Positions 30,507 to 42,359 of a stretch of DNA of 64,000 nt are shown here, in pieces. The stretch lies in the NCBI GenBank assembly GCA_963733295.1, contig CAVTCS010000003.1:768001-832000 (forward strand), written 5' to 3'. Position numbers and translations under genes: made by a program. A model generated the notes under the pieces. It had not been told where the DNA came from, ran no database searches, and worked only from the letters and a program-made list of their open reading frames with translations. Position 1 is the stretch's first letter; the number at the start of each line of letters is the position of its first letter. The stretch comes from Vulcanimicrobiota bacterium. Its GTDB lineage: Bacteria; Vulcanimicrobiota; Vulcanimicrobiia; Vulcanimicrobiales; Vulcanimicrobiaceae.

Positions 30507-31294
30507 CAGTTCGTCGGCGGCTCCGGCAGCATGCCCATCGCGTGATAGCCCGAGTCGACGAAGTGAACGTCGGCGGTGACCGCGCGCGAAAGATCCGAAG
30601 CGAGGTAGACGGCCGTGTTCGCGACGTCGTCAGCGCTGATGCTGCGCCGTAAAGGCGCGGCGGCGGCTACCTTTCCGATCATGCTCTTGAAGTCTTTGAC
30701 TTGACGCGAACTCGCCGTGCTGATCGGACCGGCCGAGATCGCGTTGACCCGGATGCCGCGCTCGCCTAAGTCGAAGGCCAAATACCGTACGATCGATTCG
30801 AGCGCCGCTTTGGCGATGCCCGCGACGTTGTAGTTCGGCACGATTGCCGTCGAGCCGAGATAGGTTAGCGCCATGATACTGGCGCCGTCCGACAAGACCT
30901 CGCGCAGGGCATTCGTCAAGGCGATCAGCGAGAACGACGAGATGTCGAGAGCCTGCGTAAAGCCGGCGCGCGACGTCGAGTAGACCTTCCCGGCGAGATC
31001 TTCCTTATTAACGAAGGCGATGCAATGCAGGAGGACGTCCAGGTGACCGTAATCGCGCGAGACTCCGGCGGCGAGGTCGCGCAGCTGCTCGTCGGAGGTG
31101 ACGTCGCACGGATAGACCTTTCCGCCACCCAGCTCAGCGGCAAGTTTTTCGACTTCGTCCTGCACCCGCTCGCCCTGATAGACGAACGCGAGCGTCGCGC
31201 CGTGGGCGTGGAACGCGCGGGCGATCGCCGTTGCGATGCTCCAGCGATTCGCGACTCCCGTGATGAGCGCGACCTTACCGTCTAATAACCCCAT
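30506..31294 (-). CDS. fabI: Enoyl-ACP reductase
   Basis: GVAN.WSIA, LTY.GS, PNYN..G.AKAALES.VRYLA, RVNAISAGPI.T. Confidence 0.95.
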   Translation of the reverse strand: MGLLDGKVALITGVANRWSIATAIARAFHAHGATLAFVYQGERVQDEVEKLAAELGGGKVYPCDVTSDEQLRDLAAGVSRDYGHLDVLLHCIAFVNKEDLAGKVYSTSRAGFTQALDISSFSLIALTNALREVLSDGASIMALTYLGSTAIVPNYNVAGIAKAALESIVRYLAFDLGERGIRVNAISAGPISTASSRQVKDFKSMIGKVAAAAPLRRSISADDVANTAVYLASDLSRAVTADVHFVDSGYHAMGMLPEPPTN

Positions 31295-31352
31295 CCGTCG
31301 AATATGACGACCTCGCGCGGCGGATGCCCTGCTTGCTCGGGGAGTGCCGGTC

Positions 31353-32921
31353 CTACAGCGGGATATTGCCGTGCTTGCGCTTGGGCCGTTCCACGCGTTT
31401 GTCGGCGAGCATCCTCAGCGCGCGTGACACGACTTGGCGCGTGCGGCTCGCTTCGATCACGTCGTCGATGTAGCCGCGCTCGGCGGCGATGAACGGGTTG
31501 GCGAAGCGGCGCTCGTAGTCGGCGATCAGCTCCGCAGCTTTCTCGGCTGGATCGGCAGCTTCCGCGATCTCGCGCCGGAAGATGGTCTTCACCGCGCCGG
31601 GAGCGCCCATCACCGCGATTTCGGCGGTCGGCCACGCCACGTTGTAGTCGGCCCGGATATGCTTTGAGGCCATGACGTCGTATGCGCCGCCGTACGCCTT
31701 GCGCGTTATCACGGTGATCTTCGGAACCGTCGCTTCGGCGAAAGCGTACAGGAGCTTCGCGCCGTGTTTGATGATGCCGCCGTACTCTTGTCCCGTGCCC
31801 GGCAGGAAACCCGGCACGTCGACGAAGGTGAGCAGCGGAATGTTGAAGGCGTCGCAAAAGCGCACGAAGCGGGCCGCTTTGATCGACGAAGCGATGTCCA
31901 AGACGCCCGCCAAACGCATCGGCTGGTTGGCGACGATGCCCACGCTCGAACCCGCGATTCGCCCGAACCCGATGACGATGTTCTGCGCGTGAAGTTCGCC
32001 GATCTCGAAGAAGTCGCCGTCGTCGACGACCGCCGCGATCGCCGTCTTGATGTCGTAAGGTTTCGTCGGCGAGTCGGGGATGAGATCGTCGAGTTCGGGG
32101 CAAAGCCGCTCGGGATCGTCGTCGCACGCGTAGGCCGGCGGATCGTCGAGATTGTTCTGCGGAACGAACGAGAGCAGGCGGCGCGTGCTGGCGTTCATTT
32201 CGTCCTCGTCCGCCGCGATGAGATCGGTGACGCCCGACTTCGTCGCGTGAGTCAGCGCGCCGCCGAGCTCTTCGAAGGAGACTTCCTCGCCGGTCACGGT
32301 CTTGATGATCTCGGGACCGGTGATGAACATCTGCGCGATTCCCTCGACCATCAGCGTGAAATCGGTGATGGCGGGGGAATAGACGGCGCCGCCCGCGCAG
32401 GGGCCCGCGATCAAACTGATCTGAGGGATCACGCCGCTGGCTTGGACGTTGCGCCAGAAGATCTCGGCGTAGCCGCCTAAGCTTACGACGCCTTCTTGAA
32501 TGCGCGCGCCGCCCGAGTCGTTGATCCCGATCATCGGCGAACCGGTCCGCACGGCGAGATCCATCACCTTGCAGATTTTTTCGGCGAAGACTTCGCCGAG
32601 CGAACCACCCAAAACCGTGAAGTCTTGCGAGAAGAGAAAGACTTGACGCCCGTCGATCGTGGCCCGTCCGGTGACGACGCCGTCGCCCAAGAACTCGCGT
32701 TCGTCGAGTCCGAACGCGCTCGTGCGATGGACCGCGAACATGTCGAACTCGACGAACGAGCCGGGGTCGACCAGCGTTTCGATGCGTTCTCGCGCCGTAC
32801 GCTTTCCGCGCGCACGTTGCCGTTCGTTGGCGGCTTCACCCGCGGGTGCGAGGGCGCGCGCGCGCCGTTCGCGGAGTGCTTCGACTGCCGCCTCGCGCGC
32901 GGACTGCTCGGACTCGGTCAC
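31353..32921 (-). CDS. pccB: Propionyl/acyl-CoA carboxylase beta (carboxyltransferase) subunit
   Basis: [54 protein letters not shown]. Confidence 0.95.
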   Translation of the reverse strand: MTESEQSAREAAVEALRERRARALAPAGEAANERQRARGKRTARERIETLVDPGSFVEFDMFAVHRTSAFGLDEREFLGDGVVTGRATIDGRQVFLFSQDFTVLGGSLGEVFAEKICKVMDLAVRTGSPMIGINDSGGARIQEGVVSLGGYAEIFWRNVQASGVIPQISLIAGPCAGGAVYSPAITDFTLMVEGIAQMFITGPEIIKTVTGEEVSFEELGGALTHATKSGVTDLIAADEDEMNASTRRLLSFVPQNNLDDPPAYACDDDPERLCPELDDLIPDSPTKPYDIKTAIAAVVDDGDFFEIGELHAQNIVIGFGRIAGSSVGIVANQPMRLAGVLDIASSIKAARFVRFCDAFNIPLLTFVDVPGFLPGTGQEYGGIIKHGAKLLYAFAEATVPKITVITRKAYGGAYDVMASKHIRADYNVAWPTAEIAVMGAPGAVKTIFRREIAEAADPAEKAAELIADYERRFANPFIAAERGYIDDVIEASRTRQVVSRALRMLADKRVERPKRKHGNIPL

Positions 32922-33093
32922 CGGATCGCTTCCTGAGTTGGCATTCCGTCCTCCGCGGCTACGACTTCGCTCGAGAAGCCGGGGGTTCCACCGGCGCTTC
33001 GAAAGGCGACCCGTCGCTCGTCCGGGAGGTCGACCATTCCTTCATCGGAAAGCTCGGAAGCCCCCTAACTTCCAGTAAACGAGGTGGAACGAT

Positions 33094-34587
33094 ATGGCGC
33101 TTCTCGAACCGCCCCAGTCGCGACAGATTCCGGCGTTTGCGCGCACCTTCATGAGCGCACCGAAGCAGCTTTTCATCGACGGCAACTTCACCGGCGCCGT
33201 GAGCGGCAAGACGTTTCCAGTTTACGATCCCTCGACCGGCGAGGTCATGGCGCAGGTCGCGGAAGGCGATCGCGCCGACATCGATCGGGCGGTTCGCGCG
33301 GCTCGCAAGGCGTTCGACGGCGGTCCGTGGCGCACGATGTCGCCCTCCGCGCGCGGACGTCTCATCTATAAACTTGCCGACAAGCTCGAGGAGCGCCTCG
33401 AGGACTTCGCGTTGCTCGAATCGCTTGACAACGGCAAACCGCTCGCGATCGCGCGGATCGCCGACGTCCCGCTGGCCATCGACTTGTTCCGCTACATGGC
33501 GGGCTGGGCGACCAAGATTCTAGGAAACACGATCCCGGTTCCCGGCGATTTTCACGCCTACACGCGTAAGGAGCCGATCGGCGTCGTCGGGCAGATCATT
33601 CCCTGGAACTTCCCGCTCTTGATGGCAGCCTGGAAACTCGGCCCCGCACTTGCCTGCGGGAACACCGTCGTGCTCAAACCTGCCGAACAGACGCCGCTCT
33701 CGGCGCTGCTGCTGGCCGAACTCTTCGCCGAAGTCGGATTCCCCGACGGCGTCGTCAACGTCGTGCCCGGATACGGCGAGACGGCGGGCGCGGCACTCTC
33801 GGCTCATCCCGACGTCGATAAGATCGCCTTCACCGGCTCGACCGAAGTCGGCAAGCTGATCGCGGTCGCCGCGACCGGCAACTTGAAAAAAGTCACCCTC
33901 GAACTTGGCGGCAAGTCGCCGAACATCGTCTTCGCCGATGCCGATCTCGAGGCAGCCGCGAAGGGCGCGGCGATGGCGATTTTCTTCAACCACGGGCAGT
34001 GCTGCGTCGCCGGCTCGCGTCTGTACATCGAGCGCCCGGTCTACGACGAAGTGCTCGCCGGCGTCGCCGAAGAGGCGAAAAACATCAACGTAGGCCACGG
34101 GCTCGACGAGCGTTCCGGAATGGGCCCGCTCGTATCGCAAGAGCAGTTCGAGCGCGTTACCGGTTACATCAAGTCCGGTCTGGAGCAGGGCGCGCGCGCA
34201 CACATCGGCGGCGGTCGCGTCGGCAGCCGGGGATATTTCGTCGAACCGACGATCCTGGTCGACACGCAGCCCCACATGAAAGTGGTCCAAGAAGAGATCT
34301 TCGGGCCGGTCGTGACCGCGATGCCGTTCGACGATCCGAACGAGATCTTACCGGCGGCCAACGACACGGTCTACGGTCTCGGCGCCGGCGTATGGACGAA
34401 GGACATCGGCCGGGCGCACCGCACCGCGGCGGGTTTGCGGGCGGGCACCGTCTGGGTCAACTGCTACAACGTCTTCGATGCGGCGTTGCCGTTCGGCGGC
34501 TACAAGCAGTCGGGTTGGGGGCGCGAGATGGGCGCCGAAGCGCTCGAACTCTACACCGAGACCAAGAGCGTTATCGTAAAGCTCTAA
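33094..34587 (+). CDS. Aldehyde dehydrogenase
   Basis: IIPWNFPL, KPAEQTP, FTGSTEVG, LELGGKSP, GQCCVAGSR, EEIFGPV, PFGGYKQSG.GRE. Confidence 0.96.
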   Translation: MALLEPPQSRQIPAFARTFMSAPKQLFIDGNFTGAVSGKTFPVYDPSTGEVMAQVAEGDRADIDRAVRAARKAFDGGPWRTMSPSARGRLIYKLADKLEERLEDFALLESLDNGKPLAIARIADVPLAIDLFRYMAGWATKILGNTIPVPGDFHAYTRKEPIGVVGQIIPWNFPLLMAAWKLGPALACGNTVVLKPAEQTPLSALLLAELFAEVGFPDGVVNVVPGYGETAGAALSAHPDVDKIAFTGSTEVGKLIAVAATGNLKKVTLELGGKSPNIVFADADLEAAAKGAAMAIFFNHGQCCVAGSRLYIERPVYDEVLAGVAEEAKNINVGHGLDERSGMGPLVSQEQFERVTGYIKSGLEQGARAHIGGGRVGSRGYFVEPTILVDTQPHMKVVQEEIFGPVVTAMPFDDPNEILPAANDTVYGLGAGVWTKDIGRAHRTAAGLRAGTVWVNCYNVFDAALPFGGYKQSGWGREMGAEALELYTETKSVIVKL

Positions 34588-34619
34588 AACGTTAACGGAG
34601 AGTCCCAAAAACGTTAACG
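34586..34619. repeat. Tandem AAAACGTTAACG x2 (22-bp period, palindromic core)
   Basis: Copies at 34586-34597 and 34608-34619. Confidence 0.8.
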
Positions 34620-34685
34620 AAAAAGCAAGCGAGTCATCGATAAGACGCTTCGTGTCGCGCGTCACTGACACGAAGGCAAGAGACG

Positions 34686-34735
34686 GCGGGTAACCCGAAT
34701 AAGGTCACGCTCGTGGCAAGGTTCGGGTTACCCGC
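34686..34735. repeat. Perfect 14-bp inverted repeat GCGGGTAACCCGAA / TTCGGGTTACCCGC
   Basis: Arms 34686-34699 and 34722-34735; encloses GTG 34713. Confidence 0.8.
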
Positions 34736-35150
34736 ACTTTGTGCGGCGTTGCTTCTGGCATCGGCAGGCTGCGCGGAAACGCGGGACTTTCCGCCGCTCG
34801 ATGACGTGAAGACGGTGACGGTGGTGCTGCCGCAAGCGCACCTTCGTCAAACGATCGCAGATCGCGACCGGGTTGCGGGGCTGGTCGACTATTTGAACAA
34901 TCGCCGCGCCGGCTGGAAGCCGGTGAGCGGGGCGTACGCGACGCCGCTGCGGTTGAAGTTTTTCGACGAACGGGGCAAGGACGTCGCCTACGTACTGGTC
35001 GGCACGGGCGGCATCGTTCGTTCCGGATATTTCCGCTCGAGCCGGCTCGACGAGACTTGGAAAGAGACGCGGCGCCTTTGTCAACTGCTCGGACGCGCCG
35101 CGTACCGCAGGGTTTGCGGCTCCGAGGAGATGTTCGGACGAAGCTTATGA
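34713..35150 (+). CDS. Putative lipoprotein
   Basis: Lipobox LLLASAG-C. Confidence 0.65.
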   Translation: MARFGLPALCAALLLASAGCAETRDFPPLDDVKTVTVVLPQAHLRQTIADRDRVAGLVDYLNNRRAGWKPVSGAYATPLRLKFFDERGKDVAYVLVGTGGIVRSGYFRSSRLDETWKETRRLCQLLGRAAYRRVCGSEEMFGRSL

Positions 35151-35798
35151 CCCCGCCGCGTTGCGGATCGCCGGATCGACCGTAGGTAACGCGAAGGACG
35201 GCAGCATTCGACGGCGTCGCACGAACGCGACGATCGGCAGCGTCAGCCAATAGACGTACTCCGCGTGGGGGACGCCGGCCGCAACCAGGAGAGCTGCGGT
35301 GAAAAGAATCGCGGCGACGCCGGCTTGGATGAGCGGCGTGCGCCAGCGCTTGATGCGCGTCTCGACGTTCCATTTCGGCCAGTTGCGGCGGAATCCGCGA
35401 AAGCCGACAACCGCCGAGCTCGCCAAGATCGTCGCGTACACCGTGGTGTAGAAGAGGACTCCCTCGGACTGGCCGGGGAAGCTCAAGAAGATTTGCAGCG
35501 CGTACGGAATCAGCGCCACTCCGCAGAGCTCGACGAAAACGAGGACGATGTCGATCCGTCCCGGCGCGAAGTAGTACCGGAACATTCGATGGTTCAGCAT
35601 CCATAGAGCGGCAAGAAAGGCGAACGTCACGAAGAATCCCGCGATGCCGATCGGGTGCGCGAAGACGTCGTGAGCGCGTCCGGGAATCACGAGGCGCCCC
35701 GCGAGAAACGACAGGCTAAAGCCGAAGACGACGTCCGTGAACGATTCGAAGCGCCGGGTGAAGTGCTCGGCGCTTTCCGCGTCGTCGGAAAGACTCAC
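35145..35798 (-). CDS. TMEM175/DUF1211 family (K+ channel-like) membrane protein
   Basis: RFESFTDVVFGFSL, F..L..LW..NHRMF, ALIPY; GTGA overlap with the upstream ATPase gene. Confidence 0.85.
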   Translation of the reverse strand: MSLSDDAESAEHFTRRFESFTDVVFGFSLSFLAGRLVIPGRAHDVFAHPIGIAGFFVTFAFLAALWMLNHRMFRYYFAPGRIDIVLVFVELCGVALIPYALQIFLSFPGQSEGVLFYTTVYATILASSAVVGFRGFRRNWPKWNVETRIKRWRTPLIQAGVAAILFTAALLVAAGVPHAEYVYWLTLPIVAFVRRRRMLPSFALPTVDPAIRNAAGS

Positions 35799-36490
35799 AC
35801 CGCGAGGTAGCGCTTCATCGCTTCGGCGTCGCCGCGCAGTTCCGGGATCGTGCCGGATGCCATGACGCGTCCGTTGGAGAGAATGTAGCCGCGGTCCGAC
35901 AGACTCATCGCGACGTCCGCGTTCTGCTCGACGAGAAGAATCGTATTGCCTTCTTGCCGGATGCGCCGTACGACGTCTTCGACGTTGCGCGCGATCAGCG
36001 GTGCCAAGCCTTCCATGGGTTCGTCGAGCAAGATGATCTCGGGGTTGGCGACGAGCGCGCGCGCGATCGCGAGCATCTGCTGTTCGCCGCCGGAAAGTTT
36101 GGCTGGTTTGTCGCGCCGTTCGCGGAGCACCTCGAAGTACTCGTAGATCCGCTGCTCGGTCCAAGGTCCTTTGCGGCCGCCGAGCGCCGCCAGCCGGAGG
36201 TTTTCTCCGACCGTCAGATTGGGGAAAACGCGCCGGTCCTCGGGGACGTAGGCGATGCCGAGCCGCGCGAGCCCGAAGGTGGCTTTGCCGGTGATCGCGT
36301 TGCCGTGAAAGCGGATCGCGCCGCTACGCACGTTCACGAAGTTCATGACCGCTTTCAGCGTCGTCGAACGGCCGCTGCCGTTGCGGCCGAGCAGGGCCAC
36401 GACCTCGCCCGCATCGACCTCGAGCGAGACGTTTTGCAAGACGTGGCTCTTGCCGTAGAACGCGTTGACGTTTTCCAGTTCGAGCAACAT
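35795..36490 (-). CDS. livF: LIV-type ABC ATPase (LivF-like)
   Basis: GRNGSGRST, VPEDRRVF, LSGGEQQML, LLDEP, LLVEQN. Confidence 0.92.
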   Translation of the reverse strand: MLLELENVNAFYGKSHVLQNVSLEVDAGEVVALLGRNGSGRSTTLKAVMNFVNVRSGAIRFHGNAITGKATFGLARLGIAYVPEDRRVFPNLTVGENLRLAALGGRKGPWTEQRIYEYFEVLRERRDKPAKLSGGEQQMLAIARALVANPEIILLDEPMEGLAPLIARNVEDVVRRIRQEGNTILLVEQNADVAMSLSDRGYILSNGRVMASGTIPELRGDAEAMKRYLAV

Positions 36491-36523
36491 CAGGCAGGTT
36501 CCACGGCGTATCCCGAGCGCATT

Positions 36524-37276
36524 TTACTCGAGCCCTCCCAGGTAGGCGCGCTGCACCGCTTCGTTGCCGCGGATTTCGTCAGGCGTTCCGACGGCCAGGA
36601 TCGCGCCCGACTGCATGACGGTAACGGTGTGTGAGATCGACATCACGACGTCGATGTCGTGTTCCACCAGAACCACCGTGCGGCCCGTCGCGATCCGCTG
36701 GATGAGCTCGACCGTCTCGTGCGTTTCCGCCGGCGACATGCCTGCCAGCGGTTCGTCGAGGAGCAAGACGCTCGGTTCGCGCGCCAGCACGAGCCCGATT
36801 TCGAGCCGGCGCTGATCGCCGTGCGAGAGGTTCTCGGCCAGCGCGTCCGCGGTTTCGGCCAAACCGATGTCGCCCAGAATTTCGGTGCAGCGGGCGGAGG
36901 AATCGCCCATTCGGCTCGCCGGTAAAAAGAAGTTCGCCTTGCCGTCGTGCAACGATTGGACCGCGAGCCGCACGTTTTCGTAGACCGTCAACTTGGCGAA
37001 AATATTCGTGATCTGAAAGGAACGGGCGATTCCGAGGCGAGCGCGTTCGTAGGGCCGCAACTGCGTGATTTCCCGGTCGCCGAAGAAGATGCGACCTTCC
37101 GAGGGCGGCAAGAGCCCGGACAAGAGGTTGAAAAACGTCGTCTTGCCTGCGCCGTTCGGTCCGATGATCGTGCGCACGCCGCCGAGCGGAATCTCGAGCG
37201 AAACGTCGTTGACCGCTTTGAAGCCGGCGAACGAGCGCGACAGGTGCTCGGTTCGCAGGGCGATGGCGGCGCTCAC
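36524..37276 (-). CDS. livG: LIV-type ABC ATPase (LivG-like)
   Basis: GPNGAGKTT, GIARSFQ, LSHGDQRRLEI, VEHD. Confidence 0.92.
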   Translation of the reverse strand: MSAAIALRTEHLSRSFAGFKAVNDVSLEIPLGGVRTIIGPNGAGKTTFFNLLSGLLPPSEGRIFFGDREITQLRPYERARLGIARSFQITNIFAKLTVYENVRLAVQSLHDGKANFFLPASRMGDSSARCTEILGDIGLAETADALAENLSHGDQRRLEIGLVLAREPSVLLLDEPLAGMSPAETHETVELIQRIATGRTVVLVEHDIDVVMSISHTVTVMQSGAILAVGTPDEIRGNEAVQRAYLGGLE

Positions 37277-38406
37277 GATTCCGCCTCGCGCGTAACGACT
37301 TCTTCCGCTAAATCGGCTTCCAGCCGGGCGCGCTTGGAAACCGCGCGGCGCAATGCGGCTTGCACGCCGTAGCGGCGCAGGTCCTCGACGATCCCGCCGA
37401 TGCCGCGCGGGCTGACGAGAACGAAGAACACGAAGACCGCGCCGATCGCCGCGGGCCAGTACTTAGTCAAGCCTGAGACGCGGTTCTGCAGGTCCCAGTA
37501 GACGAACGCGCCGATGATGGGGCCGACGAACGTATGGATGCCGCCGAGCAGCGACATCATCACGACGTCGCCCGAATATTCGACCGAACCCGCCGTGGGG
37601 TTGATCGCCTGTTGGAAGTAGACCCAGATCCAGCCCGCAATCGCCGGAAAGGCGGCCGATAAGACGAACGCGTTGACGCGGTATTTGTCGACGTCGTAGC
37701 CCAAGAAGCGCGCGCGCTGCTTGTTCTCACGGATCGCGTGAAGGACGCTTCCGAAGGGCGAGCGCACGATCCAATAGTTCGCTGCGATCGCGATCAGCGC
37801 GACGACGGCCGCGAAAACGTACATGTGCGTCGAGTTCGAGAGCCAACCCGCCGGCAAGCCGGGCAAGTCGGGGCGGGCGATGGCCTGAATCCCGTCCTCG
37901 CCTCCCGTCATGTCGCTCCAACGGAACTCGATGAAGTAGATGACCTGGGCGAACGCGAGCGTGATCATCGAGTAGTAGATTCCGCTCGAGCGCGGGACGA
38001 TCAGACGCGCCAGGATCCAGGCCCACAGCATGGCCGTCAGCAGCGCCAACGCAAGTGCGATCCAAAGGTTGTTCATGCCCGCGAAAAAGAGATGCACGCC
38101 GGCGAGGTTGGCGTCGAAGCCCTTGGTGAAAAGCGCCGTCGCGTACGCGCCGAGCGAGAAGAACATCGCATGACCGAACGAGAGCTCGCCGGTGTGGCCG
38201 AACAGCAGGTTGAAGCCGAGCGCGAAGAGCGCGAAAACGAGAATCGTCGTCGCCAAATCGATAAAGCCGGCATGCAGCGGCAAGCGATTCCCGGCGAACG
38301 GATAGAAATCGAACGTTCCGCCGGGCATGAAAAGCGGCAAGAAGGCGAAGGCTAAGGCGATCGATCCGAGCGTTATCCAGGTCGTCCGGCCGCCCGGCAT
38401 CTTCAC
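37273..38406 (-). CDS. livM: LIV-type ABC permease (LivM-like)
   Basis: G.TGELSFGHA.F, Y..MITLAF, TGGEDG, SPFG..L.AIREN. Confidence 0.9.
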   Translation of the reverse strand: MKMPGGRTTWITLGSIALAFAFLPLFMPGGTFDFYPFAGNRLPLHAGFIDLATTILVFALFALGFNLLFGHTGELSFGHAMFFSLGAYATALFTKGFDANLAGVHLFFAGMNNLWIALALALLTAMLWAWILARLIVPRSSGIYYSMITLAFAQVIYFIEFRWSDMTGGEDGIQAIARPDLPGLPAGWLSNSTHMYVFAAVVALIAIAANYWIVRSPFGSVLHAIRENKQRARFLGYDVDKYRVNAFVLSAAFPAIAGWIWVYFQQAINPTAGSVEYSGDVVMMSLLGGIHTFVGPIIGAFVYWDLQNRVSGLTKYWPAAIGAVFVFFVLVSPRGIGGIVEDLRRYGVQAALRRAVSKRARLEADLAEEVVTREAES

Positions 38407-39305
38407 TCGAAGAGCCCCTCGACCCCGAACAATCCTCGCGGCCGCACGAGCAACACGATGCCCATAATGATGAAGCCGGTCAATTCAACCGCGGGAGGAT
38501 AGACCAGCTCCATCATGCTCGACAGAATGCCGATCGTGAGTCCACCGACGACCGCCCCCCAAAACGAGCCGATTCCGCCCACGATCACGATCACGAAAGT
38601 CAAGATGATCCACTGCGAGGCGAGGCTCGGGATGATGGCGTAGATGGGAGCCGCCAGTGCTCCCGCGAGGCCGGCCATGAACGATCCGATCCCGAACACG
38701 AGCGTAAACATCAGCGGCATGTTGATGCCGAGCGCTTTGACCATCTCGGCGTCTCGGGTCCCGGCGCGGATGATCATCCCAATATTCGTACGGTTGATGA
38801 GCAGCCAAACGACCCCGAGGACGAGAACCGTGACCCCGACCAAAAAAACATCCTTATAGATCGGAAACTGGTAACTTCCAAGTGTGATCGAGCCGCTGAG
38901 GTAGGAGGGCAGGCCGGCGTAGCGCACCGCGTCGTCGCCCCAGATGTAACGCACCACCTGTTCGAAGATCAGCGCCGTTCCATAGGTGAGCAGCAGCGTG
39001 TACTCGGGGAGCCGGCGGTAGAGCGGACGGATGAGCCCCGACTCGAACGCCATGCCGAAGAGGCCGATCAGCAGCGCGGCAAGCAGCACGCTCGGCCAGA
39101 ATCCGACGATCGGCTCGAGCGCATACGCCGTATAGGCGCCGAGCATGAAAAAGGCGCCATGCGAGAAGTTGATGACGCCCATGAGCCCGAGGATGATGTT
39201 CAGACCGAGCGCGACCAAAATGTAAAGCATGCCCAGCGTGACGCCGTTAAAAAACTGATCGCTGAACTGGTGCAAGAGCTGAGAGATCGGCACCCCGTCG
39301 CGCAT
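38403..39305 (-). CDS. livH: LIV-type ABC permease (LivH-like)
   Basis: ALGL..I.G.MGVINF.HG, G..IRA, LGIN, GG.GS. Confidence 0.9.
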   Translation of the reverse strand: MRDGVPISQLLHQFSDQFFNGVTLGMLYILVALGLNIILGLMGVINFSHGAFFMLGAYTAYALEPIVGFWPSVLLAALLIGLFGMAFESGLIRPLYRRLPEYTLLLTYGTALIFEQVVRYIWGDDAVRYAGLPSYLSGSITLGSYQFPIYKDVFLVGVTVLVLGVVWLLINRTNIGMIIRAGTRDAEMVKALGINMPLMFTLVFGIGSFMAGLAGALAAPIYAIIPSLASQWIILTFVIVIVGGIGSFWGAVVGGLTIGILSSMMELVYPPAVELTGFIIMGIVLLVRPRGLFGVEGLFE

Positions 39306-39338
39306 TCGCTGGCTTGGGGGAAACCCTTTTCCGCTTGC

Positions 39339-39659
39339 TTAGAGCTTCCGGCGCCGCCCCGCTCCGGTGCGCCGCAACTCCTCGCCGAGCGCTGCGTCGT
39401 CCCGATTTCGCGCAAAGAAGGCGGCCAGCGAGTACTCGATGACCGCGCTCTGGCTGACCCGCTGGAAGAAGGCGAACTCTTCGAGCCGCTGCGCCATCGC
39501 GCGGGGCAGCGTATGTGAGATCTTCGCCACAGCACCGGCCGGCGCAGCCGCCTGCGTTGCCGCTGCCGCCCGCGGCCAGGCGTGCGATCCGCCCGTGGCG
39601 GCGGGCGCTGCCCGCTTGCGAGGTTTCACGGCACGTTCTGCCGTTCGCCCTCGCTTCAA
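39339..39659 (-). CDS. Small ribbon-helix-helix (CopG-like) DNA-binding protein
   Basis: KISHTLP..MAQRLEEFA...RVSQSAVIEYSLAAFF; basic N- and C-terminal tails. Confidence 0.65.
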   Translation of the reverse strand: MKRGRTAERAVKPRKRAAPAATGGSHAWPRAAAATQAAAPAGAVAKISHTLPRAMAQRLEEFAFFQRVSQSAVIEYSLAAFFARNRDDAALGEELRRTGAGRRRKL

Positions 39660-39842
39660 CCCTTCAACGTGACGAAACTAAATAGCACCCCTTTCCTGTT
39701 ATGCACCCATACGAGCGGCGACCCCGGGACCGTTGGGAGGAAGTCCGACAAGCGGTACAAGGGATGAACGTCGGGGACCCCGCAGTGGAAAAGTAGTGCG
39801 CCGGAGCCGAGCGTGGCCGGCGGACGAGGAGCCAAAGCCGAT

Positions 39843-42341
<2,499 letters not shown>

Positions 42342-42359
42342 CCGGATCAGCACTCTTTC

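Noticed and set aside
39701..39796. 31-aa ORF (MHPYERRPRDRW...) upstream of clpC
   Set aside because: No SD or convincing promoter; cannot be distinguished from chance
39730..39800. GAGGAAGTCCG resembling the RNase P RNA signature
   Set aside because: Lacks one A of GAGGAAAGUCC, has no matching 3' conserved region, and the gap is too short
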